Below, piece after piece: positions 37,087 to 46,747 of a stretch of DNA of 64,000 nt. The notes beneath the pieces were generated by a model, which was given only the letters and a program-made list of their open reading frames with translations, searched no databases and was not told the origin of the DNA. Each line of letters starts with the position of its first letter. The stretch's first letter is position 1. The position numbers and the translations under genes are program-made. This DNA is from Candidatus Uhrbacteria bacterium (GTDB lineage Bacteria > Patescibacteriota > Patescibacteriia > UBA9934 > GWF2-40-263), in contig JACQSK010000007.1 in assembly GCA_016205975.1 (NCBI GenBank), positions 5,328 through 69,327 on the forward strand, in the 5' to 3' direction.

Positions 37087-38310
37087 TCACGGCACATCGT
37101 GATCGAAGTGGAAGCCGCTTGAGCGAGATTTGAACTCGGCCTGGAGTGTGCCAGCACGTTTCCAGATACCCGCGCCGTAACGGTGCTGGAGTTGATCAAG
37201 AGAAGAGAGGACGGAACGCATGCGTCGTTCTTTTTTGAATAAGGAGATGCGTTTTGGGTCCGGACAGACCATAGAGGCTGTGATGCCCAACAGGCGCACA
37301 AGCCTTGAAGGAGCGACTTGAAAAAACGGTCGCAGGATGCGCCAGACAATTTCAAATAGAGCAAGTCCGTCAGTGAGAGGTTCCTGGCTCGTCCTTTGTT
37401 CTCCATGACCAGAGAAGTCTGCAAATCGAACATACGCGGACACGCGACAGGCCGCAACGCCATCGCGGCGCATGCGCCAAGCGACTTTGTCGGCAAGGCC
37501 CAAGAGGTAGCGTTTGAGTATGGTTAGGTCGTTGGTATTTTCGGGGAGCGTGTAAGAGTGGCCGTAGGATTTAGGTGAGTCAGGAGTGGAGGTGGTGACG
37601 TGTTCGATTTCCCGGCCCCAGGCGGCTTCGTGGAGCCAGACTCCGTAGCTGTCAAATGCTTCGACGAGCCGGTCAACAGGAAACTCCCGCAGCTGGGCAA
37701 AGGTTTCGATCCCAAGGTCACTGAGCCGTTCACGAATACGTCCACCAATGCCGCAGAGGTCTTCTAAGTTGGACCGGTCTAATAACTCGAGTACCTCGTG
37801 TGCCTGAACGACCGTGAGGCCGTTTGGTTTTACAGACTCGGATGCAAGTTTCGCCATGAGACGATTGGGCGCGACGCCAATCGATGCGGTGATGCGTTCG
37901 CCGCACTCTTCGCGGACGCGCTCTCGGATGGCTTGGGCCATGAACGCGGCCCCAAGGTAATCCGTTGCTTCTTCTGTGAGGTCTAAAAAACTTTCGTCGA
38001 CGCTGAATGCTTCTACACGATCCGTGAACGACCGGTAGATCGCGTTGAAGCGGCGCGTGATGTCTGAGTATTTTTCTGGGTCGCCCGGGTACAAAATAAT
38101 CGAAGGGCAAATTTTTTTTGCCTCCCACGTCGACATGGCTGTTTTCACTCCCAGCCGTTTGGCCTCGATGGAAGCCGTTGCCACAATGGATCGCTTTTGA
38201 TTTTTGCCCGTGATGCCAATGGGCTTTCCGCGCAAAAACGGATTTGCTTGCTGCTCAACAGACGCAAAGTAGGAATTCATGTCGATGTGAAGAATGATAC
38301 GACTATCCAT
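37087..38310 (-). CDS. dinB: DNA polymerase IV (Y-family)
   Basis: HIDMNSYFASVE, SVDESFLD, AKLASESVKPNG; start overlaps the upstream stop. Confidence 0.93.
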   Translation of the reverse strand: MDSRIILHIDMNSYFASVEQQANPFLRGKPIGITGKNQKRSIVATASIEAKRLGVKTAMSTWEAKKICPSIILYPGDPEKYSDITRRFNAIYRSFTDRVEAFSVDESFLDLTEEATDYLGAAFMAQAIRERVREECGERITASIGVAPNRLMAKLASESVKPNGLTVVQAHEVLELLDRSNLEDLCGIGGRIRERLSDLGIETFAQLREFPVDRLVEAFDSYGVWLHEAAWGREIEHVTTSTPDSPKSYGHSYTLPENTNDLTILKRYLLGLADKVAWRMRRDGVAACRVSAYVRFADFSGHGEQRTSQEPLTDGLALFEIVWRILRPFFQVAPSRLVRLLGITASMVCPDPKRISLFKKERRMRSVLSSLDQLQHRYGAGIWKRAGTLQAEFKSRSSGFHFDHDVP

Positions 38311-38551
38311 CCGCATAGAGCTCGACGAGCCGCCACTCGAGTATTTCTGGATCGAGCTTGAGCTTAAAATAATTGGTGGCATCAGAGACCGAGAAATAGA
38401 AGACGCGTTTGGTTCCCTCACGCGCCGTATGGACGAGGTTGACCTTCTCGAGTTTGTAATCGCGCTCATTCCACCGCATCGCGTGGGGAACCACGCGGTT
38501 GTTTTTGAAGGAGACGATCACGTCGATAGGATCGTTGAGAAGCTCATGCAT
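38303..38551 (-). CDS. Small beta-rich protein coupled to dinB (possible DUF6504-like accessory)
   Basis: 82 aa, PHAMRW...FSV...LEWRL; GGAGG SD; overlaps dinB. Confidence 0.75.
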   Translation of the reverse strand: MHELLNDPIDVIVSFKNNRVVPHAMRWNERDYKLEKVNLVHTAREGTKRVFYFSVSDATNYFKLKLDPEILEWRLVELYADG

Positions 38552-38720
38552 AGAGACCTCCTTTTGTGACGCGCGACATCATGTATCGGATGATTTGTTT
38601 CGTGCGGCGACGGCTTGTGCGAAGCCTGAGCGTGCGCAGGCTTTTGAGGACGCGTTCTTCACGGCGGCTGGGAAGAAAGGAAAGAGTGATCGCGTGATAA
38701 CGAAGGGTAGCGATGGACAT
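38544..38720 (-). CDS. Candidate 58-aa basic small ORF
   Basis: Hand-translated MSIATLRYH...VTKGGLYA*; stop overlaps the next ATG (ATGCATGA); below the ORF-track cutoff. Confidence 0.4.
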   Translation of the reverse strand: MSIATLRYHAITLSFLPSRREERVLKSLRTLRLRTSRRRTKQIIRYMMSRVTKGGLYA

Positions 38721-38857
38721 ATGGGGGATGGGATCACTCTTAAGGGTTAGGAATGACGCAGAAGTCTCGCCTTGGCAATTCGAAGTCTACTGGTACAACG
38801 CGTGATCCCAACGCGCTGTATCAGCAGGCCACGAACGGCCAAGGACTCATTGTTTTC

Positions 38858-39472
38858 TTACACAGGCTGAAACTTACGGATCACGGCACGGACGACTCCT
38901 TGGATGATGCAGTCTTGGACATAGAGTGGGTCCATGGAGCTGTTGGCGGGTTGTAGGCGGATCCGATTCCGCTCGCGGTAAAACCGTTTGAGCGTGGCAA
39001 ACGCGTTGTCGAGCAGAGCCACGACCACCTCGCCGTTGCGAGGGCTTGGATTGCGTTCGATCACGACGAAGTCGCCATCGAGAATCCCATCTTCGATCAT
39101 GGATCGGCCTTTGACGCGCAAGACGTATGAGTTCGCGCTATCCATCACGAAGTCCGCTGGCACGGCCATGGCTTCGTTTTCTTGTACGGCTTCAATCGGC
39201 ACGCCTGCCGTGATGAGACCAAGCAGCGGGAGAAGGACCGATGGGCCGCTTGCTGACTCTTCTACCAGCTCGATCGAGCGCGCTTCGCCCTCCTCGCCAA
39301 TATGGATGAGACCTTTTTCAACGAGCGATTGGACATGACCATGGATCGTTGCAGGGGACGAGAGTTCAAAGTGCTCGGCGATTTCCCGATACGACGGTGC
39401 GTAGCCGTTGTCTTCGATCTGCTCGCGGATAAACTCGAGCATCTCAGATTGTTTTTTTGTAAGAGGAGGCAT
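38858..39472 (-). CDS. lexA: LexA repressor
   Basis: LTKKQ..GYAPSYREIA wHTH; TAG cleavage site; VKGRSM Ser; TLKR Lys. Confidence 0.95.
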   Translation of the reverse strand: MPPLTKKQSEMLEFIREQIEDNGYAPSYREIAEHFELSSPATIHGHVQSLVEKGLIHIGEEGEARSIELVEESASGPSVLLPLLGLITAGVPIEAVQENEAMAVPADFVMDSANSYVLRVKGRSMIEDGILDGDFVVIERNPSPRNGEVVVALLDNAFATLKRFYRERNRIRLQPANSSMDPLYVQDCIIQGVVRAVIRKFQPV

Positions 39473-39482
39473 AGGAGGTTGT

Positions 39483-39524
39483 GTTCGTTTTATGTTCGTA
39501 TGGTAGCCCGAACAAAAACCGAAC
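39483..39524. promoter_or_regulatory. Two candidate LexA operators (GTTC-N7-GTTC, GAAC-N7-GAAC)
   Basis: 39483-39497 and 39510-39524, directly upstream of lexA; DnaA box TGTGGATAA at 39537-39545. Confidence 0.6.
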
Positions 39525-39655
39525 GCAATAGATGAGTGTGGATAAGTCGTTTTGTGCACTGCACATCCCCATGTTGTCCGATGACAGGCGGAAAGCGGTT
39601 TGATATTCTGCTGGAGGAATTTGTTCATCCCCTCTGCGCCCTCCCCCTCCTCCCT

Positions 39656-40735
39656 ATGCTTAAAACCGTCGAGTCCGTTACCCAAGGGCACCCCGACAAA
39701 GTTTGCGACCAGATTGCCGACGCCATCGTCGACGAGTATTTGCGCCGAGATACGTTTTCGCGCGTGGATGTGAACGTCATGGGAAGCCACGGCATGATGA
39801 TGATCGGCGGGGAAGTGACGTCGACGGCAGATTTTGACATCGGCGCGCTCGCAAAAAAAGTGTATGAAGAGATCGGCTACCATGACGACCTGGAAGTATT
39901 CGTCAACATCGAGACGCAGTCAGACGAGATGAAACGCATCCATAACGGCGTGACGGACAACGTGGTGGTGAACGGCTATGCGACAGGCGAGACCCGCGAG
40001 CTCATGCCGCGTGCGGTCGTCTACGCGCACAACCTGGCGCGCCGGCTCGATGACCTGCGCCGCACGGACCCCGCGTTCTCCTGGCTCAAGCCCGACGGCA
40101 AGGTCCAGATCACGATGGACGGCTCCCGCGTGAAAGCCGTAACGATCCTTGCCTCGCACCAAGTGAGCATGAAGGACCGCGATGTACAGACCGCTCTTTT
40201 GGAACGTGTGCTCATTCCCGTCGTGGGAGAGGAAGGCGTACAGATCGTAATCAATCCCATCGGTTCCTTCACCGAGGTCGGTTTTCGCGCGGACTCAGGC
40301 GCGAGTGGGCGCAAGGTGAGCGTGGATACCTACGGAGGTCTCATTCCCCATGGCGATTCGTCGCTCTCGGGTAAGGACCCAAACAAAGTGAACCGCGCGG
40401 GAGCGTGCATGGCGAGATTTGCCGCGCGTTCGATCGTCGAGCAAGGTCTGGCGAGCGCCGCGCTTGTGAATCTTGTTTACTCGATGGGGCGCGCAGAGCC
40501 TATCCATGTGCAGGCAACGGCCTCGCCCATAGGCGGTCTACGGCCGAGGGCGATGGGGGAAAAGTCGCAAGGCGCGAAGATGGATCTCACGAACTTGATC
40601 CGACAAGAATTTGATTTCCGTCCTGAGGCGATCGTGGAGAGACTTCAGCTTCTGCAGCCTCTCTATCGCGCCACAGCGTCCTACGGACATTTTGGGCGTA
40701 ATGGTTTCCCGTGGGAGGAATGTCTTGTGTTATAA
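39656..40735 (+). CDS. metK: S-adenosylmethionine synthetase (divergent)
   Basis: ESVTQGHPDKVCDQIAD, PDGKVQ, GRKVSVDTYGG, SGKD, YGHFG. Confidence 0.85.
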   Translation: MLKTVESVTQGHPDKVCDQIADAIVDEYLRRDTFSRVDVNVMGSHGMMMIGGEVTSTADFDIGALAKKVYEEIGYHDDLEVFVNIETQSDEMKRIHNGVTDNVVVNGYATGETRELMPRAVVYAHNLARRLDDLRRTDPAFSWLKPDGKVQITMDGSRVKAVTILASHQVSMKDRDVQTALLERVLIPVVGEEGVQIVINPIGSFTEVGFRADSGASGRKVSVDTYGGLIPHGDSSLSGKDPNKVNRAGACMARFAARSIVEQGLASAALVNLVYSMGRAEPIHVQATASPIGGLRPRAMGEKSQGAKMDLTNLIRQEFDFRPEAIVERLQLLQPLYRATASYGHFGRNGFPWEECLVL

Positions 40736-40745
40736 TTCCTCCCGT

Positions 40746-41195
40746 ATGAAAGGGAGGAACGCAGATCATGCCAACCGGTCAGTCGCGGCGGTCGTCGCGA
40801 TTGTTTTAGTAGCGAGCGCGTTTCTCTTTTTACGAGGAGCGCCGGAGCAAGTCGTGGGGGTCTCGCAAGACGGCTTGGTGCGCGCCTCCGGGCTCACGCG
40901 TTCCGCGGGAAGCCTTGTGGTTGAGCGCATCGACGACGTGGAGACATCCGTGACGGCTGTCAGAAGCCCTGTCTATGAAGTTTCTTTCACGGGAAACGGA
41001 CGCCTGGATCAAGGGGAGCTCGTGATGGAGATCGACGAGGACGAATCGCTCTCCGATAGTGCCTTGTACGCCTTTGATCGCGAGACACTCAACTGGATTG
41101 AGCTCCCAACGCTCTTTGACCTGTCGCACGCAACCCTCTCGACGTCGCTCTCGTTCTCCGGAAGCTTACTCGTGGTGGCTGGCGCGCGAGAATAA
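40746..41195 (+). CDS. Hypothetical exported protein
   Basis: N-terminal signal/TM segment; TATAAT upstream. Confidence 0.65.
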   Translation: MKGRNADHANRSVAAVVAIVLVASAFLFLRGAPEQVVGVSQDGLVRASGLTRSAGSLVVERIDDVETSVTAVRSPVYEVSFTGNGRLDQGELVMEIDEDESLSDSALYAFDRETLNWIELPTLFDLSHATLSTSLSFSGSLLVVAGARE

Positions 41196-41274
41196 ATTTG
41201 ATGTGCATAACTTTGATGTGTTATAATCGAACCAATCTTTTTTCTTAACGTCCTTTTTTTCTACGGAGCATTTT

Positions 41275-41682
41275 ATGCCAACAAAAAAAAAGCCGGCCGC
41301 GGCCGCGCCTGAGAGCGTTCCAGCAAAACCGGTTGCGAAAAAGAAGATCGCGAAAAAATCCAGCAAGCCCACAGCCGCCAAAAAACAAACGCTGGTTCTG
41401 GACAATGCGCCGGTCCTCATGCAAGAGACGGAAGTGCACAAGCCCGACCACACCATCGAGGTGCATCGCAAGTTCGTCCTGGTGGGCACTTGCTCCCAGT
41501 GCGAGCACATGCCCATGCACGCCGGCAGGCTCGTGGCGCTTCTCTCGGTGGTCATCGCCGTCTTGTCCGTCATGCTCATCGCAAAGTCCTCCCCCATCGA
41601 CTTCAGCCAGTTCCAATTCAGCTTTGCCCAGCAGGAGGAATTACCTCAATCCGATTCCGCATTAACAGGAGGCTCTCGCTAA
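41275..41682 (+). CDS. Hypothetical protein with a Lys/Ala-rich N-terminus and TM helix
   Basis: ORF composition; CxxC before the TM segment. Confidence 0.65.
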   Translation: MPTKKKPAAAAPESVPAKPVAKKKIAKKSSKPTAAKKQTLVLDNAPVLMQETEVHKPDHTIEVHRKFVLVGTCSQCEHMPMHAGRLVALLSVVIAVLSVMLIAKSSPIDFSQFQFSFAQQEELPQSDSALTGGSR

Positions 41683-41684
41683 CT

Positions 41685-42290
41685 ATGAAACGTTTCGCTT
41701 TTGCGCTCGCGGGCGCGCTCATGCTCTTGGGAGCAGGCTGTTCCCAGCCGGCTCAGGAGGCATCTGAAATCACCTTTACCTATCCCGACACTGTGGCAGA
41801 AGAAACACCAGAGGTCCTCTGGACATTCCCAGGAACGCTTCCTGATGAGCAGATCGCTGGGAAACAAATCCGCATCACGACCGAGAAAGGCGACATCGTG
41901 TTTGAATTGTTTGAGGACACGGCCCCTATGACCGTTTCTAACTTCGTGTACCTGACCACCGGCGGTTATTACGATGGTCTCGCCTTCCATCGCCGTGAGG
42001 AAGGGTTCGTGATTCAAGGCGGGGATCCCAACGGGGATGGCACAGGCGGGCCTGGATATGATTTTGCCGATGAGCTCGACGATGCGTATGCGTATGAACG
42101 CGGGATCGTCGCGATGGCCAACCGCGGCCCGGACACGAACGGCTCCCAGTTTTTCATCATGCTGGACGACACGCCGCTGCCTAAGGCCTACACGATTTTT
42201 GGCCGCGTGACAGAGGGCCTGGACGTGGTCGATGAGATCGTCGTGGGAGACGTGATGGGGCGCGTGACGGTAGAAGATCGACAGCCATAA
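41685..42290 (+). CDS. Cyclophilin-type PPIase, lipoprotein
   Basis: LLGAGC lipobox; APMTVSNF, FHR, IQGGDP, AMAN.GPDTNGSQFFI. Confidence 0.92.
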   Translation: MKRFAFALAGALMLLGAGCSQPAQEASEITFTYPDTVAEETPEVLWTFPGTLPDEQIAGKQIRITTEKGDIVFELFEDTAPMTVSNFVYLTTGGYYDGLAFHRREEGFVIQGGDPNGDGTGGPGYDFADELDDAYAYERGIVAMANRGPDTNGSQFFIMLDDTPLPKAYTIFGRVTEGLDVVDEIVVGDVMGRVTVEDRQP

Positions 42291-42291
42291 T

Positions 42292-43419
42292 ATGTTCACG
42301 CAACGCAGGGTCGAGATTCTCGTCCCTGCGTTTTTAGTTTGTCTGGTCGCTGTGCCATTTGTGGCGGGGTGGGTGGTTTCTGGGAGAGCTCTTACGGAAT
42401 CGGATAGGACGTATTTGACCGATAGGACCTATGAAGAGGACCGTTCGTCGGACCACACGCCTCTGCCAGAGGAAGTCCGCGGTCTGTATTGGACGGCCGC
42501 CACGGCCCTGTCCTCGCGCGCGGACGAGCTGCTTGCGTACATGAAGGCGTCCGGTCTCAACACGGTCGTGATCGACGCTAAGTACGACAATGGTGTCGTG
42601 GCGGCATTTCCGTCGTCCTTGTTCACGACCCTCTACGACGCAGGCATCTACCGCATCGCGCGCGTTGCGGTCATGCGTGACGGCGCGTTTGCGCTCGCCC
42701 ATCCCGAGGTCGCCCTGCGCACGGCCTCGGGCGCGCTCTGGCAAGACAAGGTCGGCTCGCTCTGGGTGGATCCAGCCGCGCCCGACGTGACACAGGAGGC
42801 CATCGCGCTCGGCCGCGCGCTCTACGCCGCGGGGTTCGACGAGATCCAGTATGACTATGTGCGTTTCGCCTCCGACGGCGAGGTGCGTGCGATCGTGTAT
42901 CCGATCTGGGACGGCACAACGTCCAAGGCCGAAGTCATGCAGCGTTTCTTCAGGACGGTGGGCGGCGCGCTTGGGGTAGACGGCATTCCGGTTTCGTTCG
43001 ATCTTTTCGGCATGACGTTCTGGTCTTTGGGTGACTTCAATATCGGCCAGCGCCTGGTTGACGTGCTGCCGTATGCCGACTGGGTGTCACCTATGGTGTA
43101 TCCGTCGCATTATCCAGACGGCTTCAAGGGATACGAGAATCCGGCTGAGGCGCCCTATCAGATCGTGAAGCAGTCGCTCGATGAGGGCTTGCGGCTGATG
43201 CACGGCGTGTATGCCGGCTCGGATGAAGCACTCGCCTCGCACTTCCGTCCCTGGCTGCAAGATTTCGATATCGGCGCCGTGTACACGAGCGACTACATCG
43301 AAGCACAAATCGCCGCCGCCCGCGACACCGGCGCTTCCGGCTGGCTCTTGTGGAACGCGCGCAACGTGTACGAGGCGGCGGATTACAGAGAAAGTCGCGT
43401 CAGTTCCGAGACTTTTTGA
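42292..43419 (+). CDS. Putative glycoside hydrolase (DUF4015-like)
   Basis: VRGLYW, NTVVIDAK, WVDP, GFDEIQYDYVRF, SPMVYPSHY, RPWLQDF. Confidence 0.8.
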   Translation: MFTQRRVEILVPAFLVCLVAVPFVAGWVVSGRALTESDRTYLTDRTYEEDRSSDHTPLPEEVRGLYWTAATALSSRADELLAYMKASGLNTVVIDAKYDNGVVAAFPSSLFTTLYDAGIYRIARVAVMRDGAFALAHPEVALRTASGALWQDKVGSLWVDPAAPDVTQEAIALGRALYAAGFDEIQYDYVRFASDGEVRAIVYPIWDGTTSKAEVMQRFFRTVGGALGVDGIPVSFDLFGMTFWSLGDFNIGQRLVDVLPYADWVSPMVYPSHYPDGFKGYENPAEAPYQIVKQSLDEGLRLMHGVYAGSDEALASHFRPWLQDFDIGAVYTSDYIEAQIAAARDTGASGWLLWNARNVYEAADYRESRVSSETF

Positions 43420-43451
43420 AAAGGACTCACACCCACGTGCCTTCTCCTCTC

Positions 43452-43522
43452 ATAGGCGGCAGCCACTGCTGCCGCGTTCGAGTGCGCGTACGCTTCGGAA
43501 GCGGGAGCAGTGGCTCCCGCCT
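43452..43522. repeat. Imperfect palindromic element, copy 1
   Basis: 67-bp core, 61/67 identical to 45185-45251. Confidence 0.85.
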
Positions 43523-43593
43523 CTCATGAATTAAAAATAAAAGCGGCCGGGGAGTCCAGCCGCGCGTTGAACACGTTTTTGTTTCAGTCCTCT

Positions 43594-45042
43594 CTACCCG
43601 AGGTAGGACCGGCACTCGGTGATCATCCGGCCCGTGCGCGCGTACCAGCGCAGGAGGGAGCCTTCCAGACGCAACCGGTAGATCGCGTGGCTGCCCTTGC
43701 CCAGTGAGGACGACGTCGGGTCACTGGTGAACACGCCCCAACAGCGGGGATGATCGAAGCCGCTCGCCACGGCATACACGTGCTTGCCGTGGGTCACGAC
43801 CTGGCGGAGGTCGAACACGCATCCTGCTGCGCCTTCGATTTCACTCCAGGTGAACGACCCGTTCTCCTCTCGACGTCCGACCACGAGGAGTTGGCCGCCG
43901 CCCATCAGAGAGACCGAGGCGCGGAAGCCGTCTTGCATGAGGAGGAAGTCGTTGATGTGCGTTGCCAGGACGTGCTGCCAGCGCACACGCGTGTCACCCA
44001 AGTCGTCGTATTCCAGGATCTGGAGGTTCGTGGTCGTGTCCTTGCAGATGAGGAACGAGCCGATCTCCTTCACGGGAGTCGTGGGGAGCTTGAAGGACAG
44101 TTGGCTACTGTCTGGCAGGACGACCAGGGTGCGATCGCCGCACCGCGTGCGGACGCTCCCATTGCCCGTGAGGACCGGATCCCCGCTGACCTCGCCCAAG
44201 TCCTCCCAGGCACTTGCGTGCAGGGGGAGCTTCAGGAGCTTCCCGTCGACGCGAGCGAACACCGAGCCGTTCCACGTGATGACCGGCGCGGAGATGGACG
44301 CGGCCTGGAGCTCCTGGTCATTGTTCACGATCAGCCAGCGTCCCTCGCCACGGGAGATGACCACCGCGATGATGACGTGACCGAAGTCTTCGGCCGTGTA
44401 CCCGTGCACGGCGGCCTGGACGCGACAGTCGGGCTCCCACCAGGGGATGGACAGCTCCTCCCAATCGGTCGTGACGTGAGGCCTGGCATCGAGGCAGCGG
44501 ATCAATCCGCTGCCGCTCCACACGCACAGCGTGTTGCCCGTGAGGACGGCACCGATCGGATCGGAGAATCGACGTGACCAAGGGTAATCGTAACCCTCAC
44601 TCAGGATCGATTGATCGAGGTGCCAGATGAACGGATCGCGAGAGAGGATGGTTCTCTCAAGTGCATATCCGTCCGTGTCGAACACCTGTCCCTCGTTGGT
44701 CGTGACCAGAGGGACTCCATCGACGCAGGAGAACGCGCCTCCCACGACTCGATCCGCCTTCTGCTCCCACGGGTTGAGTCCAGTCCACACGTGGCCGTCC
44801 TTGGTGAGGCCCGCGCAGACATCCTCTCCGCGCTTGTTCATGACGCACACGGTCGTGAGGTCGAGGCTCTTGGGCAGAAGGTTGCCCCACTGCGTCTCGA
44901 ACACCTCGCCCGGCGTGAGCATCCGGAAAGGATCCTCCATGAACCGTTCCAGCAGTTCGACGGGGAGAGTACCCTCCTCGATCGCCTCCCAGACTTCCCT
45001 GCCTACACCGGCCAGACGCCGTGCTTCCTTGGTGAGTACCAT
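43594..45042 (-). CDS. Hypothetical beta-rich (propeller-like) protein
   Basis: 482-aa ORF, AGGAG SD, terminator at 43533-43563. Confidence 0.7.
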   Translation of the reverse strand: MVLTKEARRLAGVGREVWEAIEEGTLPVELLERFMEDPFRMLTPGEVFETQWGNLLPKSLDLTTVCVMNKRGEDVCAGLTKDGHVWTGLNPWEQKADRVVGGAFSCVDGVPLVTTNEGQVFDTDGYALERTILSRDPFIWHLDQSILSEGYDYPWSRRFSDPIGAVLTGNTLCVWSGSGLIRCLDARPHVTTDWEELSIPWWEPDCRVQAAVHGYTAEDFGHVIIAVVISRGEGRWLIVNNDQELQAASISAPVITWNGSVFARVDGKLLKLPLHASAWEDLGEVSGDPVLTGNGSVRTRCGDRTLVVLPDSSQLSFKLPTTPVKEIGSFLICKDTTTNLQILEYDDLGDTRVRWQHVLATHINDFLLMQDGFRASVSLMGGGQLLVVGRREENGSFTWSEIEGAAGCVFDLRQVVTHGKHVYAVASGFDHPRCWGVFTSDPTSSSLGKGSHAIYRLRLEGSLLRWYARTGRMITECRSYLG

Positions 45043-45184
45043 TGCTTCTCCTGTTCACCACTGTGTCAGGCGGTATGCCTGACAGCTTCGGGTGAACCTG
45101 GGCTTGTGCCCAGTGGATGGAGCCTAACAGATATTGTTTGTATTGAAAAGGGCTTACGTCCCATGTCCTTCCTATACCGTCCGT

Positions 45185-45296
45185 ATAGGCGGCAGCCCCT
45201 GCTGCCGCGTTTGGATGCGCGTCCGCATCGGAAGCGGGAGCAGTGGCTCCCTCGGCCGTGCCCGTCCTACGGGCGAGGCGGGCGAGGCCCGCCTAT
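45185..45296. repeat. Imperfect palindromic element, copy 2, with an extra inserted hairpin
   Basis: ATAGGCGG...CCCGCCTAT ends; extra GC-rich hairpin ~45250-45287. Confidence 0.85.
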
Positions 45297-45334
45297 GAAT
45301 AAAAAACCCACCGTCGCTAAAGCTTCGGTGGGCG
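45293..45334 (-). terminator. Terminator, repeated at 46187-46229
   Basis: CCCACC/GGTGGG stem around GTCGCTAAAGCT, A-run; near-identical copies. Confidence 0.8.
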
Positions 45335-45354
45335 CGTCAGGCAGTATGGATTCT

Positions 45355-45969
45355 TCAGGCCACGAGCCTGAAGTCGTTGTATCCACTCCCGCCGTCGAAG
45401 CACAGGGAGTGGAACCCATCCGGCGCGTACGAGTCGCGAGTGTTCTGGAGGTACCGCGCCGCGATGCGCTGAAGCGCCGGAAGACGTTCGTGCGGTACGA
45501 GTCGGTTCATGTCCTCGACGAACAACGCGACCTCATCCTGATCCCACCCGATGAACGACAGGAGCGACACGAACGCGTACTCGGGTCGGTACACATTCGC
45601 TCCGTAGCGATAGCCGTACTTGGTCAGCACCCCGTCGCGCTTCGCGAACTGGCGCCCTTCCGGCCAGCGGCGGATGTAGGTCATGAAGCCGTAGTACTCC
45701 ATGGCCCACAGGTAGCTGTGGACGCTGAAGTTCGCGTCGATGTCACCCGTCTTCATGGGGTCCATGTGGTTGTACGCGCGGATTCCGAGCCGCCACATGA
45801 GGTGGTACGGAGTAACCGCCTGCGGCGTGTCGAGCACCCCGTCACGGATGACCGATGCCACCGTGACCGTCGGCGATGCGGTGGTGCGCTCGATCACGGC
45901 CTCGGAAAGGTTGGGACAGGTCGGCTGGGCGTGACGCACGCCGAGCTTCTTTTTGAAGGCAGAGTCCAT
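45355..45969 (-). CDS. Hypothetical protein (accessory)
   Basis: ATG 45969 after GGAAGGAAG; TTGACA-17-TAGAGT promoter ~46182-46154. Confidence 0.65.
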   Translation of the reverse strand: MDSAFKKKLGVRHAQPTCPNLSEAVIERTTASPTVTVASVIRDGVLDTPQAVTPYHLMWRLGIRAYNHMDPMKTGDIDANFSVHSYLWAMEYYGFMTYIRRWPEGRQFAKRDGVLTKYGYRYGANVYRPEYAFVSLLSFIGWDQDEVALFVEDMNRLVPHERLPALQRIAARYLQNTRDSYAPDGFHSLCFDGGSGYNDFRLVA

Positions 45970-46186
45970 TGTTCTTCCTTCCCCGCGTCGCGCGGGGCGT
46001 TGGTGGTGTTGGTCGCGAACCTGTTGTCTCGCCGTTTTTGTGAACGGCGCGAAATCGTTTGGAAGAATAGAAACGATTCCGATCCCATAGATATCTTCAC
46101 CTGCTCTTTGAATTCGTTGAATCCCAAGAAAACAGCATGCAAGATAACGGCTCACTCTAGCCGTTTTTTGTGATTTTGTCAAACGT

Positions 46187-46229
46187 CTATGAATGAAAAA
46201 ACCCACCGTCGCTAAAGCTGAGGTGGGCG
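46187..46229 (-). terminator. Terminator, copy of 45293-45334
   Basis: Same stem-loop and A-run. Confidence 0.8.
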
Positions 46230-46247
46230 TGGCCTGACCGGTGAGGG

Positions 46248-46661
46248 TCAAGCAGATTCGGCGTCGATGACTCGCAGGGTTGCCTTGCCCGTGATCTGGC
46301 ACAGGAGCTCCCAGGTCTGGCACGCGTTATCGGGGCACGAGTAGATGGTCGTGTCGGTCTTGGCGCCTTGCGTTTGCACCGCGACGGGTTTGCCGCAGTG
46401 CGTGCAATTGAAGTGGCCGCGGGCGTTCCGACGCCGACGGTTCCACTCCAGCCACCAGGCCGTGAGCTCGAGCGTCGCCTGTGCGTCATCGGGCGCGCCC
46501 GTAAGATCCGCCCCCAAAGGGAGCTCATGCAGGCCCCGAGCAACGATCCACGAGAGGATCGGCAGGAGGCTCTCACGCAATGGCTCTGGCAGCTCATCGG
46601 GCAGGAGCGTGTGATGGAGCTCACCCACGAGATGCGTCCAGTCGATGCCGTCGGGGTCCAT
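46248..46661 (-). CDS. Hypothetical zinc-ribbon protein
   Basis: CTHC...CPDNAC; start uncertain. Confidence 0.6.
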   Translation of the reverse strand: MDPDGIDWTHLVGELHHTLLPDELPEPLRESLLPILSWIVARGLHELPLGADLTGAPDDAQATLELTAWWLEWNRRRRNARGHFNCTHCGKPVAVQTQGAKTDTTIYSCPDNACQTWELLCQITGKATLRVIDAESA

Positions 46662-46747
46662 CTGGATCACGAGGGAAAAAGAGGGTTGAGGGGCGCGGTC
46701 AGACAAGGAACTCCTCCAAGACAAGAGACCTCTGCTATAATAGCACC

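Noticed and set aside
43452-45296. Integron attC sites
   Set aside because: No RYYYAAC/GTTRRRY cores and no integrase; the genes carry their own promoters and terminators
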